64,000 nucleotides of DNA. It comes from an uncultured Candidatus Saccharibacteria bacterium (GTDB lineage: Bacteria > Patescibacteriota > Minisyncoccia > UBA6257 > JACOXY01). Position 1 is the stretch's first letter. Each line of letters starts with the position of its first letter. Position numbers and translations under genes: made by a program. Below, piece by piece: positions 1-8,574 of this stretch. The notes below the pieces were generated by a model. It was given only the letters and a program-made list of their open reading frames with translations, made no database searches and was not told where the DNA came from. Where the stretch lies: positions 25,722 to 89,721 of the forward strand of contig CAYHMC010000004.1 of NCBI GenBank assembly GCA_964357615.1. Reading direction: 5' to 3'.

Positions 1-372
1 TCCACCAAGCCCTCCGCAAGCATAATCTGCGCAATACCATAAATAACCCAGCTTTTCCCCGTGCCAGTCGCAAGGTCAACCGATGCGGATTTTCTCCCAC
101 TCAATGGAAACTTTGCAAGATATGCATTCACGTCAGAGTATTTTGCTCTAATTTTCTCGTTGCTTTCATAGTGTTCATGCGCCAATACATCGATAATTGA
201 ATATCGTGTAGAAACCAGAAATCGTACACTTTCACGAATAGCCTCGCGCACATGGGCAAATTTTTCAGTCGTTATTGCGTCCAAAAAAGCATCGTACTTG
301 CGCACAATAGATTCCGTCTCAGCGCTTACATCTTTTACTTTTAAAACAAAATCATTGTTTTTGTATTCCATA
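1..372 (-). CDS. Type III restriction enzyme Res subunit, N-terminal fragment (continues beyond window start)
   Basis: Minus-strand ORF with ATG at 372-370 (MEYKNNDFVLKVKDV...), 5 nt downstream of the Mod stop. Contains helicase motif I / Walker A 'DLATGTGKSW'. The mod-then-res order is typical of Type III R-M systems. Confidence 0.55.
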
Positions 373-376
373 GTGT

Positions 377-2686
377 TTATTTAAAATTATCCTTGCGCTT
401 AATGACTTTGTATTCATTACCGTATTTATCCATATAAATAATCATCATTGCTTTCCCAGTAAATTCTTCTGCAGGAATCCTGATATCGGCCTTGGTCTGA
501 TCTGAGTTCACTATTTTATCTGACCAATAGACCTTATCAAGATCAAAAATTTGTGTTTTTTCGTTATAATCAACATCCACCATCACCATAGAAAGTGTCT
601 CGTAATTTTTAAACTCCTCAGGATCATAAGCGAGGGTATTAGATCTAAACTCGGTAATATCCACCATAAATTCTTTTTTTGTCTGCTTGTATTTTGCTTT
701 CACAACCGGCTGTGAAATAAAATCAAAACCTACCGCATCAATCACCTCATTGACATCCGCTTCAGTCATTGGTTGTTTAAGTGCGCCTGGCTGCTTCTTT
801 TGAATTAAGGCGATAAGAATAGATAGCGGAACTTTCAAAAAAACATAAGTTGTATCTCCACGCTTCACCTCATCGTGCATAAAACGCATCGCCACAATCG
901 GCGCAACAACATAAAATCTATCTCCACCTCTACCACCTAGGACTTTGTGCAAATCATCTACATATCCTTCGTCTATTTCTAGCTTCTTGTTCGCTGGATA
1001 GTTCCAAATAAATGTGGAATGCGTGCTGATATAGCCATCAGCGTCAAAAGCTTTTATTTTGTGCGGTGAAATACGCACATCGAAAAGTTGTGCCACAAAT
1101 GGTTTGTATTGTTCCCAATCCATTTTTAGAATTGCTTCATTGTCATACATTCCGGCAGAATAAAGCTTAAAATGCTTTGCCTTGAGCGGTTTTGATTCCT
1201 CCGTTTTTTCCTTAGGCGCAACAAACGAGATTAGAAACTTCACTCGTCCAACCTTTACCACCTTTTGCCCAGCGCTTGCGCCATCATCACCAGCGTCTTC
1301 GTTATCTACTACCTTTAATTTCTTAACCTGGAATTTTTCTTCCGGACAAACAAGAGAAAAACTCTCTTCACCACGCCCAGCTAAATAATCTCCAATAAAT
1401 TTTCCAAATGAAATAAGAAATCCATCATTAATGACAAGATCGCCCGACCGTGCTTTCTCATAGATCAAAAGTAACCCACGGGTGTTTGATTTGGAGTGTT
1501 CTTCGAAATCCACTACACGCTCATAATCTCTTTTGTCATCTTTGTGCGCTGATCCAATTTGTGTTGTAAGATTAAGTAATCTTTTTTGCGAAGTATAAAT
1601 AGAAAGTTTTCCGCAATCCATGCCTATCCATTTATATCCTAATTTCTCAGCGGCAATCTGAGTCACACCACTACCCATAAATGCATCGAGAACAATGCCA
1701 TTTTTTTGACCAGATATTTTAATAATTCTTGCTAATAGACCTTCCGGCTTCTGTGTCGGATAAACAATAGACTCACTAGACCAACTTCCAATTGTTGCAA
1801 CTTCTTTATCATCCCAAATACTTTGAGGAAGTAATCCGCCCATCTCGTCAGAAAACTGCTTCAACCTAGGAAAACCGTTTCTTGTAACAAATATCTTACC
1901 CTCTAGGTTCATTTTATTAAGCTCTTCAATCGAATATCCCCAACCCCTTTTTCCACTCGGGAGTACGCCCATAAATTTGAAGTAATTCTTTGCCGACCGA
2001 GACGGCACAGTCAAATCGCCAGATTTAAATCTTCGTCCGTCAACATTTTCATATCTATAGTATCTCTTTAGATAATCAGAGCTGTAATCAATTTTGAAAT
2101 CATTCCAAATATAGTTTTCAGATTTTGTGTAGAAAAAAATAGTTTGATGAATATTTCCATAATTGTTTGCATTACTATGCGCCGATGTAGTCTTCCAAAC
2201 TATTTCTCTTTTAAAATTATGTTCACCGAATACTTCATCAAGTATAGCCTTAATATAATGTCCTTTTTTCGAATCAAGATGAACATAAATTGATCCATCA
2301 TCCGCTAGTACTTCGCGCATTAAAATTAGACGCTTGCGTAAAAACTCAATAAACTCTGCGCCAATAACTTTATCGCGATATGCTTTCTCGCGATCTTTCA
2401 TAAAATCCTGCTTAGTCGCAAAGGGTGGATCTATGTAAATGAGTTTTATTTTATTTTTTGTGCCAAGTTTATTTTCCTTTCGCTGGTCATCATAAATAGT
2501 TTTGAGTGCGTAAAGATTATCGCCAAAAATAATCATGTTCGCCCATTTATCGTCGAATTTATTATCAGTATTATATTCTCTCATCTCTTGCAACGGAGCC
2601 GCCGGAGTTTCAGCAATCACACGCGCCTCTGGCGTTTTCCCTTTGTAGACCAGTTTGTAGTCCTTGGTCGCCTCCACATAATCCAC
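377..2686 (-). CDS. Type III R-M Mod subunit: N6-adenine DNA methyltransferase (beta-class) with a long C-terminal extension
   Basis: 769 aa. Motif IV 'LIYIDPPFATKQDF' near the N-terminus precedes the AdoMet motif I 'VLDAFMGSGVTQIAAEKLGYKWIGMD'. The IV-before-I order indicates the beta class used by Type III Mod. About 430 aa follow motif I, which is longer than usual. Confidence 0.75.
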   Translation of the reverse strand: MDYVEATKDYKLVYKGKTPEARVIAETPAAPLQEMREYNTDNKFDDKWANMIIFGDNLYALKTIYDDQRKENKLGTKNKIKLIYIDPPFATKQDFMKDREKAYRDKVIGAEFIEFLRKRLILMREVLADDGSIYVHLDSKKGHYIKAILDEVFGEHNFKREIVWKTTSAHSNANNYGNIHQTIFFYTKSENYIWNDFKIDYSSDYLKRYYRYENVDGRRFKSGDLTVPSRSAKNYFKFMGVLPSGKRGWGYSIEELNKMNLEGKIFVTRNGFPRLKQFSDEMGGLLPQSIWDDKEVATIGSWSSESIVYPTQKPEGLLARIIKISGQKNGIVLDAFMGSGVTQIAAEKLGYKWIGMDCGKLSIYTSQKRLLNLTTQIGSAHKDDKRDYERVVDFEEHSKSNTRGLLLIYEKARSGDLVINDGFLISFGKFIGDYLAGRGEESFSLVCPEEKFQVKKLKVVDNEDAGDDGASAGQKVVKVGRVKFLISFVAPKEKTEESKPLKAKHFKLYSAGMYDNEAILKMDWEQYKPFVAQLFDVRISPHKIKAFDADGYISTHSTFIWNYPANKKLEIDEGYVDDLHKVLGGRGGDRFYVVAPIVAMRFMHDEVKRGDTTYVFLKVPLSILIALIQKKQPGALKQPMTEADVNEVIDAVGFDFISQPVVKAKYKQTKKEFMVDITEFRSNTLAYDPEEFKNYETLSMVMVDVDYNEKTQIFDLDKVYWSDKIVNSDQTKADIRIPAEEFTGKAMMIIYMDKYGNEYKVIKRKDNFK

Positions 2687-2857
2687 CGCGTCACCATCAA
2701 AAAGCTTCGCTTGATATGAAGTGGATAAGTCCCTACCCTCTGATAAGGACTTTATAATTTTTTTCGGTCATCATCTGATAGTCTCACTATATTTTTGCTA
2801 ATTTTATCCAATAAATATATTTTCCCATTTTTTACCAAAAAACAAAAGCTTTCGAAA

Positions 2858-3412
2858 TTACTGCTTAACTAATTTTACCCTAAACTCCTCTAATTTTTTA
2901 ATACAATCATTTGCTTGTTTTGGAGTGTATGCAATGTGTTCTTGAAAATCAGCAGATTTGAGATGCACTAAATTACGGGCTTTCCGAAGCTCGTGGCAGA
3001 AATGCCACATGCTTTCATCTATAAACTTATATTCATGATAGGCTATTCCCAAAAGCACAGTAAAATCTGTTCTATCCCCCATTTCCAACCCATCTTTCTG
3101 TTTTGCAGTTGTTATGAGGTCAAATAAAGATGCTTCAATTATTCCCCCAACAGTTACAATTATATCTTTGCAGAGCAGTGATTCAACTGTTAGATAAATT
3201 TGATAGTCGTTATATAAATGAACCATAAACTCTAAATATTGCATTTGGTATGCGATATTTTCCCGCACTGTTTTATCTTCTATAAATTTCCACTCGTCTT
3301 TATAAAAATTAGCCGGTTTTGGGTGCCGGTCTTTTACAAAAAGTTCTTTTTTATCAGAATTATCTTTGCGCCTGTTTTCCTCTTCTAAAATTGATTTTCT
3401 TAGGAGTTCCAT
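2858..3412 (-). CDS. hypothetical protein; possible HEPN-like C-terminal helix (RKARNLVH)
   Basis: 184-aa ORF. The C-terminal 'HELRKARNLVHLKS' resembles the Rx4-6H / RN(I)LVH signature of HEPN/HepT nucleases. No other recognisable motif. Confidence 0.4.
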   Translation of the reverse strand: MELLRKSILEEENRRKDNSDKKELFVKDRHPKPANFYKDEWKFIEDKTVRENIAYQMQYLEFMVHLYNDYQIYLTVESLLCKDIIVTVGGIIEASLFDLITTAKQKDGLEMGDRTDFTVLLGIAYHEYKFIDESMWHFCHELRKARNLVHLKSADFQEHIAYTPKQANDCIKKLEEFRVKLVKQ

Positions 3413-3538
3413 ACAAGTATTTTCAGAATAATTGTACTATGAAATATGCTTGATTTTGCCCATTTTAGTTATCCACATCCCAGTTGACTTTTAACAAATA
3501 TTTGATATACAATAATTGGGTATAACCACAAAAAGGCT

Positions 3539-3575
3539 CCCTTAAGGTTCCGTCCTTAAGGGGCCCTTTTTATTT
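3539..3575. terminator. bidirectional rho-independent terminator
   Basis: Stem CCCTTAAGG / CCTTAAGGG (9 bp, loop ttccgt). It is followed by TTTTTATTTATT on the plus strand and by TTTTTG on the minus strand. Confidence 0.65.
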
Positions 3576-4067
3576 ATTGGGTACGTATTCTAGTTTTCTC
3601 TTTAAAGAACTTATAAAAGAAATGTATTTTAGATGTTCATCGTTAACTTTTTTTAATAGTGCTGAATACTTAAATTCATTTGGTACCAAAAGTTGCTCAA
3701 GTTTATCTTTTGACTTCAAATAATCAATAAGTGAGTAGTAGTCGCCATCCCCACTTACTATTACTGCTTTATCGTAATTAGGATATTCGATCATTGCTCT
3801 AAGAACCAAATCAGCGTCACAGTTACCTTTTGTGGTGCCATCTTTATAGGTTAATACTGGTTTAAAAATAAGAATATAATCTTGCTGTTGAAATTTTGTA
3901 TACATAGCTTGATTTTCGGGCATGTATCCTATTGCAAGATAAGCTTTTTTAACATTATATTTTTCTCTTAAATATCTCCTAAACTTCAAATAATCGAGGG
4001 GCCAACCAAGATTTTTCATGGACTGATACAGATTATTGCTGTCTATAAATGCGGCATTATTATTCAT
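3570..4067 (-). CDS. NYN/LabA-like (PIN-like) domain protein
   Basis: 165 aa. 'AAFIDSNNLY', 'GNCDADLVLRAM' and 'VIVSGDGDY' match the conserved acidic motifs of NYN (DUF88/LabA) ribonuclease-like domains. Confidence 0.65.
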   Translation of the reverse strand: MNNNAAFIDSNNLYQSMKNLGWPLDYLKFRRYLREKYNVKKAYLAIGYMPENQAMYTKFQQQDYILIFKPVLTYKDGTTKGNCDADLVLRAMIEYPNYDKAVIVSGDGDYYSLIDYLKSKDKLEQLLVPNEFKYSALLKKVNDEHLKYISFISSLKRKLEYVPNK

Positions 4068-4194
4068 ATAAATATATTGTAATATAAATCATAAATTAAC
4101 AATCCCCTGCTCTTTCTAAGATTTTCCAAAACCTTCCCCCCTTAAGTTATCCACAGAAACGCCATTTGACTATATACACCCACTTAGTGTACTA

Positions 4195-4223
4195 TTGACA
4201 ATAAGATATACATAGACTATAAT
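4195..4223 (+). promoter_or_regulatory. sigma70-like promoter (TTGACA-17-TATAAT) for the Nudix/NrtR-like gene; near-leaderless
   Basis: TTGACA at 4195-4200, a 17-nt spacer, then TATAAT at 4218-4223. The start codon at 4236 is only about 6-8 nt from the predicted transcription start, and no Shine-Dalgarno sequence is present. Confidence 0.55.
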
Positions 4224-4235
4224 GACATTATAAAT

Positions 4236-4937
4236 ATGAAAAAGATAACTAAAACTAAAGAACCACAGATTCACTTTGCAGCCTTGGCTGCTGACACTGC
4301 TCTATTTACCCTAGAAAACAATGAGCTTTTAGTAAGGTTAATTAGAGTTAATCGGCCACCACACATTAAAGACGCCATTGGCCTCCCTGGCGGGCTATTA
4401 CTCCCCAAGGAAACGGCAGATGAGGCGGCGCTTAGGCACTTAGAATCGAAAACTGATGTGTCGAATAAAGGTGTTTATATTGAACAGCTCTATACCTTTA
4501 GTGATATAAATAGAGACCCCAGAAACCGAGTTGTGGCAGTAGCGTACATGGCACTTATTCCATGGAAAGAACTTAGCGAGAATGAACAACTTGGAAACAT
4601 TACAAAATCTTGGTGGGTCCCAGTAAAAAAACTTCCGAAGCTTGCTTATGACCACAATAAAATTATGGAAGTTGCACTCCGTCGCCTTGCATCAAAAATT
4701 GGCTATACAACAATTATAAAAAAATTACTTCCAAGGGAATTTACTTTAATAGAACTTGAACACGCCTACGAAACAATTCTAGGAGAAAAAATTGATCGCA
4801 GAAATTTTAGAAAGAAAATTAAAAAGTTAAAGCTTGTAGTGTCCTTAGACAAAAAAATTCGCGGATTCAAGTGGCGCCCGGCAATGCTTTATTCTTTTAA
4901 ATCAAACAAAGTCGAACATACCCCGAACATAACTTAA
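4236..4937 (+). CDS. Nudix-fold protein with degenerate Nudix box; NrtR-like (Nudix-related transcriptional regulator of NAD metabolism) candidate
   Basis: 233 aa. 'GLPGGLLLPKETADEAALRHLESKTDV' is a Nudix box in which RE is replaced by RH, EE by ES and G by T, so it is probably catalytically dead. About 90 extra C-terminal residues are present. The gene sits directly upstream of the prs-like and nadV genes, as in NrtR regulons. Confidence 0.5.
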   Translation: MKKITKTKEPQIHFAALAADTALFTLENNELLVRLIRVNRPPHIKDAIGLPGGLLLPKETADEAALRHLESKTDVSNKGVYIEQLYTFSDINRDPRNRVVAVAYMALIPWKELSENEQLGNITKSWWVPVKKLPKLAYDHNKIMEVALRRLASKIGYTTIIKKLLPREFTLIELEHAYETILGEKIDRRNFRKKIKKLKLVVSLDKKIRGFKWRPAMLYSFKSNKVEHTPNIT

Positions 4938-5064
4938 AAAGTTATGGACGGGGCAAGTGAATATTTTATAATTAACCAAAATTAATACCTATATTTTTTT
5001 GATATTAGTTTATGTATATACTACACTAAGAAATCTATTATATTATTTTTTTATCATTAGTTAG

Positions 5065-5077
5065 TGTAATTTATACA
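5065..5077. promoter_or_regulatory. palindrome TGTA-N5-TACA, candidate operator upstream of the prs-like gene
   Basis: TGTAATTTATACA lies about 110 nt upstream of the prs-like start codon, in the AT-rich nrtR-prs intergenic region. Confidence 0.2.
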
Positions 5078-5096
5078 TTAATACATGGGCCGTGAC

Positions 5097-5149
5097 GATT
5101 GCGGATTTAACAAATAATTCCGCAGTCGCCTTGGCCTTAAACCCCAAGG
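5097..5149 (+). promoter_or_regulatory. two adjacent hairpins in the 5' leader of the prs-like / nadV operon
   Basis: Hairpin 1 is 5097-5128: a 9-bp stem CGATTGCGG/CCGCAGTCG with a 14-nt loop. Hairpin 2 is 5129-5149: CCTTGG/CCAAGG with a 9-nt loop. Neither is followed by a U-tract. Both lie about 35 nt upstream of the RBS GGAGG. Confidence 0.35.
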
Positions 5150-5185
5150 ATGTACCTTGAAAACTCAAAACGGAGGAAAAGGAAA

Positions 5186-6043
5186 ATGGAAAAAAATACA
5201 GCAGTAGTAAATCTTGACCCAGCATTTAGCCCATACGGCGAATCTGATTTTAAGGTAAAGGTATTCCCCTTCCCCAGCAAAGTTGAGATGGGTGTAAAAA
5301 TTGATATCCCAGAAATTACCCCAGTTACTATTACAACAAGACTTAAATCTTCGGACGACATTATGACTTTGCTTAATGCTACTGATGCACTGCGCCAAGC
5401 TGGCATTAAGGAAATTAGCTTGTTTATGCCATTTGTCCCCTATGCAAGACAAGACCGCGTTATGGTTCCGGGTGAAGCACTTTCGATTAAAGTTTTTGCA
5501 AAACTCATTAATACACAAGGTTACGACAGAGTTACCATTTTTGACCCGCACTCGGATGTTACGCCGGCCTTGATTGATAATGCGTACGTCATAAACAATC
5601 ACGAGTTTGTGAAGCTCGCGCTTAAAGATATGGAAAATTACATTATTATTTCTCCCGATAGCGGAGCATTTAAAAAAGTATTCAAAGTTTGCCAAGCGAT
5701 TGGTTATAACGAACGCGTGGCACTCTGCAATAAAGTAAGAACGCTTGCAAACGGAAATATTGAACATTTGTCTTTTGATGTTCAAAGCTTTGAGGGAAAA
5801 GACGCTGTGATTATTGATGACATTTGCGACGGTGGTGCAACTTTTATTGCACTTGCTACCGAACTTAAAAAGCGCGATGCAGGAAAAGTACACCTTATTG
5901 TTTCGCACGGAATTTTTTCGCGCGGAGTAAATAATCTATTAAATAGTGGGGTTGATACCATAACCACTACAGACAGCTTCAAAGATATTGGGGCTTTCGA
6001 AAATGTACGCCAAATCAAATTAGCCGAAATTATTAAGAAGTAA
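5186..6043 (+). CDS. ribose-phosphate pyrophosphokinase (Prs) family protein; possibly Adps-like paralog
   Basis: The ORF track starts at 5150, but the ATG at 5186 follows the RBS GGAGGAAAAGGAAA. Prs-family motifs 'PYARQDR' and 'IIDDICDGGATF' (PRPP loop) are present. The canonical Prs N-terminal regulatory motifs are absent. Confidence 0.6.
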   Translation: MEKNTAVVNLDPAFSPYGESDFKVKVFPFPSKVEMGVKIDIPEITPVTITTRLKSSDDIMTLLNATDALRQAGIKEISLFMPFVPYARQDRVMVPGEALSIKVFAKLINTQGYDRVTIFDPHSDVTPALIDNAYVINNHEFVKLALKDMENYIIISPDSGAFKKVFKVCQAIGYNERVALCNKVRTLANGNIEHLSFDVQSFEGKDAVIIDDICDGGATFIALATELKKRDAGKVHLIVSHGIFSRGVNNLLNSGVDTITTTDSFKDIGAFENVRQIKLAEIIKK

Positions 6044-6064
6044 AGGAAGAGGGAGGAAACGAAA

Positions 6065-7606
6065 ATGAACACAGACAGATTCACAAAAATTGCAGATCCA
6101 GCGCAAAGAGAAGCGGCGCTCGTAAAAGAGCTTTCGCGACTCTATGATGTTATGTTGCCCACTCAACTTAATCCCTTACTCGCCCTTGATGTTTATAAAA
6201 TGGGCCATATGGAGCAATACGCTCCGGGATGTAGCAAAGTTTTTAGCTATTTACTTGCAAGGTCTTCGAATAAGTATCAGCTGACTGTTTTTAACGGATT
6301 GCAATATTACCTTGATACTTATCTTTCGACTCCACTTCACCCTGAAATGGGAAGAGAATTTTTGGATTATCGCGAAGAAATTTTGGGCATGCCTAATCCG
6401 CAAATTGTAAAAGACCGAATTTATAAGCTTTGTGACCTTGGATATTTTCCGATTGAGATTTGTGCAGTTCCTGAAGGCACTATTATGCCAACCAAAAATG
6501 TTCTTATGACCACCGTAAACACCAAACCAGATTTTTTCTGGGTTCCAGGGTTTTTGGAAAGTTTATTGCTTAAAGTTTGGGACCCAATTACCACGGGCTC
6601 GTGCTCGTTTGTATATAGGAAAATGATTGAGGATATATTTAAGGAAACGGTTTCGGAAGAACTTATGTTTTTGAAACCAATTATGGTGCATGATTTTGGC
6701 TACCGTGGTTGTAAGTCGGAAGAAGAAGCTTGTATTACCGGATTGTCGCACCTTATTTCGTTTACGGGGAGTGATACTGTTCCCGCTCTGCCATTTGCAA
6801 GAAAAAGATATGGCGCCGAAAAAGGCAAAGTAGTTATGGTTTCTGTTCCGGCTTCCGAGCATGCAGTAATGTGTTCGTTCGGCCGAGATAATGAGCTTGG
6901 CGGATTCTTTAATATGTTGGATCTTTACCCCACCGGTATTGTTAGCATTGTTTCTGACACCTATAGCATTTATCGAGTGCTCACTGAATTTGCTTCTAAG
7001 TTGAAGAGCAAGATATTGGCCCGTCCGGAAGGAAGCAAAGTTGTCTTTAGGCCTGATAGCGGAAATCCTGAATATATTATTTGCGGAGATCCAAACGCCA
7101 CCCAAGGTAGCAACGAATGGAAGGGTGCAATTAGATTACTCGATGAAATGTTCGGCTCGACAGTTAATAGCAAGGGTTATAAAGAATTAAATCCTAAAGT
7201 TGGACTAATTTACGGAGACGGAATGTATATTGAAAGATATGCGAAAATTTTAGAGCGCTTAAAGGAAATGGGTTATGCGGCAAGTAACCTTGTTATTGGT
7301 GTTGGCGGAATTCTTAGAAATCACAGCCGTGATACGCTTGGATTTGCTCTAAAGGCAACCTATGTTGAAGTTAATGGCGAAGCTCGCGAGATTGAAAAAG
7401 ATCCGGTTACTGATTCGAAAAAGAAAAGCCATAAGGGATTAGTTGCGCTAAGGCGTACACCTGAAGGCGAATATTACACCGTAGACCAATGCACTTCGGA
7501 AGAAGCAGAGAATACGCTACTTCTGCCGGTTTATCGCGACGGACAGGTGATTAAAAGATATACTCTGCAAGAAATGAGAGCATGCGTAAATGAATATTTT
7601 AAGTAA
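6065..7606 (+). CDS. nadV: nicotinamide phosphoribosyltransferase (NAMPT/NadV family)
   Basis: 513 aa. 'LDVYKMGHMEQY', 'VHDFGYRG', 'IVSDTYSIY' and 'FRPDSGNP' match the NAMPT-family blocks (TDSYKVTHY, LHDFGYRG, VVSDSYDIY, IRPDSGNP). RBS GAGGGAGG. Confidence 0.8.
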   Translation: MNTDRFTKIADPAQREAALVKELSRLYDVMLPTQLNPLLALDVYKMGHMEQYAPGCSKVFSYLLARSSNKYQLTVFNGLQYYLDTYLSTPLHPEMGREFLDYREEILGMPNPQIVKDRIYKLCDLGYFPIEICAVPEGTIMPTKNVLMTTVNTKPDFFWVPGFLESLLLKVWDPITTGSCSFVYRKMIEDIFKETVSEELMFLKPIMVHDFGYRGCKSEEEACITGLSHLISFTGSDTVPALPFARKRYGAEKGKVVMVSVPASEHAVMCSFGRDNELGGFFNMLDLYPTGIVSIVSDTYSIYRVLTEFASKLKSKILARPEGSKVVFRPDSGNPEYIICGDPNATQGSNEWKGAIRLLDEMFGSTVNSKGYKELNPKVGLIYGDGMYIERYAKILERLKEMGYAASNLVIGVGGILRNHSRDTLGFALKATYVEVNGEAREIEKDPVTDSKKKSHKGLVALRRTPEGEYYTVDQCTSEEAENTLLLPVYRDGQVIKRYTLQEMRACVNEYFK

Positions 7607-7617
7607 TTATAAGCAAA

Positions 7618-7656
7618 TCCCCTCGCCCGATTATTCGGATGAGGGGACTTTTTATT
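7618..7656 (+). terminator. rho-independent terminator after nadV
   Basis: TCCCCTCGCCCGA ttat TCGGATGAGGGGA stem followed by CTTTTTATT. Confidence 0.65.
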
Positions 7657-7682
7657 AACTATCGTTTCTTTCCTTTCTTTAC

Positions 7683-7722
7683 TGTTTTCTTTTTAGCTGT
7701 TTTCTTTGCTTTTGTTTTCTTT
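7683..7722. repeat. three direct repeats TGTTTTCTTT at 15-nt spacing in a long AT-rich intergenic region
   Basis: TGTTTTCTTT occurs at 7683, 7698 and 7713. A polypyrimidine tract precedes them. Confidence 0.4.
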
Positions 7723-7918
7723 TTTGCCATAAATATATTGAAGTTCTTAAACTCGATTTGTATGTCGACCTTTAGTATGGTTTTTCGTAAGTTGTTTAAA
7801 AATACTTATACGAATTTTATTTGATTTTTTAAAATTATTTAACTTTTAAATTGACTCTCGATATATAAAGTATACTACAAATCATAATTTTATAATTGTG
7901 TATAAATAAAAATAAAAA

Positions 7919-7944
7919 ATCAGGCAAATGCCTGATGCTTTTTT
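7919..7944. terminator. bidirectional terminator
   Basis: ATCAGGC aaat GCCTGAT hairpin with T-runs on both strands. It is immediately downstream of the minus-strand gene ending at 7960. Confidence 0.6.
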
Positions 7945-7959
7945 GATTAATTTATATAA

Positions 7960-8574
7960 TTAATCGATTGACCTACCTCGAATTTTTCTTCGGTCATCTA
8001 TTGTCATTTCGCGCTCAATCATACCAGATTCCATTACATAACCACCAATTTCAACTCGCTGTAACCCGCTATCGTGAATTGCCGCGGCATCAGAAAGTGT
8101 CATCCACTTTCGAATACCATCTATAACCATAAGATAATAAGGAAAATTATTATCAGCTTTTTCTTCTCTAACAGTCCAAACAGGATTTGGGAGCCAATGC
8201 GCTGAAGCAATGGGCACAGTGGCGATTTCTCCAAAAAATAAATCAGGGAGACCATTCATCATATTTAGCTCTCCACCCAAAGCAGTGCCAAAAGCATCAT
8301 TAAACGCATCTCCACGAGTTACATAAAAAAAGTGGAGCTTTACGATGCTTCCTGAAACAGCAGGATGCAAGCCAAGCTCAACAAGGCCTTTATGTTCATC
8401 GTCCCCTCTTCGCCTCGAAATCAAAGCGAGACCACCAACATCTTCTGCGTGTAACTTTCCGCCAGAATCTAGATGATTACTCATCAAAATCCATGCCCTC
8501 TTGCAGGCAAATTCGATTTCTTTTAAAAGATTTGGTGCAATTGGATTGCAAATTCCCATCACGACAAAAGGCAT
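7960..8574 (-). CDS. hypothetical protein (visibly G+C-richer than its neighbours)
   Basis: 204-aa ORF (MPFVVMGICNPIAPNLLKEIEF...). No motif could be assigned. Codon composition is rich in GCC/GGC/CGC compared with surrounding genes. Confidence 0.5.
   Translation of the reverse strand: MPFVVMGICNPIAPNLLKEIEFACKRAWILMSNHLDSGGKLHAEDVGGLALISRRRGDDEHKGLVELGLHPAVSGSIVKLHFFYVTRGDAFNDAFGTALGGELNMMNGLPDLFFGEIATVPIASAHWLPNPVWTVREEKADNNFPYYLMVIDGIRKWMTLSDAAAIHDSGLQRVEIGGYVMESGMIEREMTIDDRRKIRGRSID

Noticed and set aside
1182-1388. Plus-strand ORF 1182-1388
   Set aside because: Antisense within the Mod methyltransferase gene, with no RBS.
5137-7173. Antisense ORFs inside the prs-like and nadV genes (5137-5406 -, 5165-5908 -, 6563-7105 -, 6970-7173 -)
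   Set aside because: They are shadows of long, motif-rich sense ORFs with good RBSs. They have no RBS and odd composition.
7840-7953. Tiny promoter-to-terminator unit as an sRNA
   Set aside because: The promoter hexamers have poor spacing. The hairpin is more simply the bidirectional terminator of the minus-strand gene ending at 7960.
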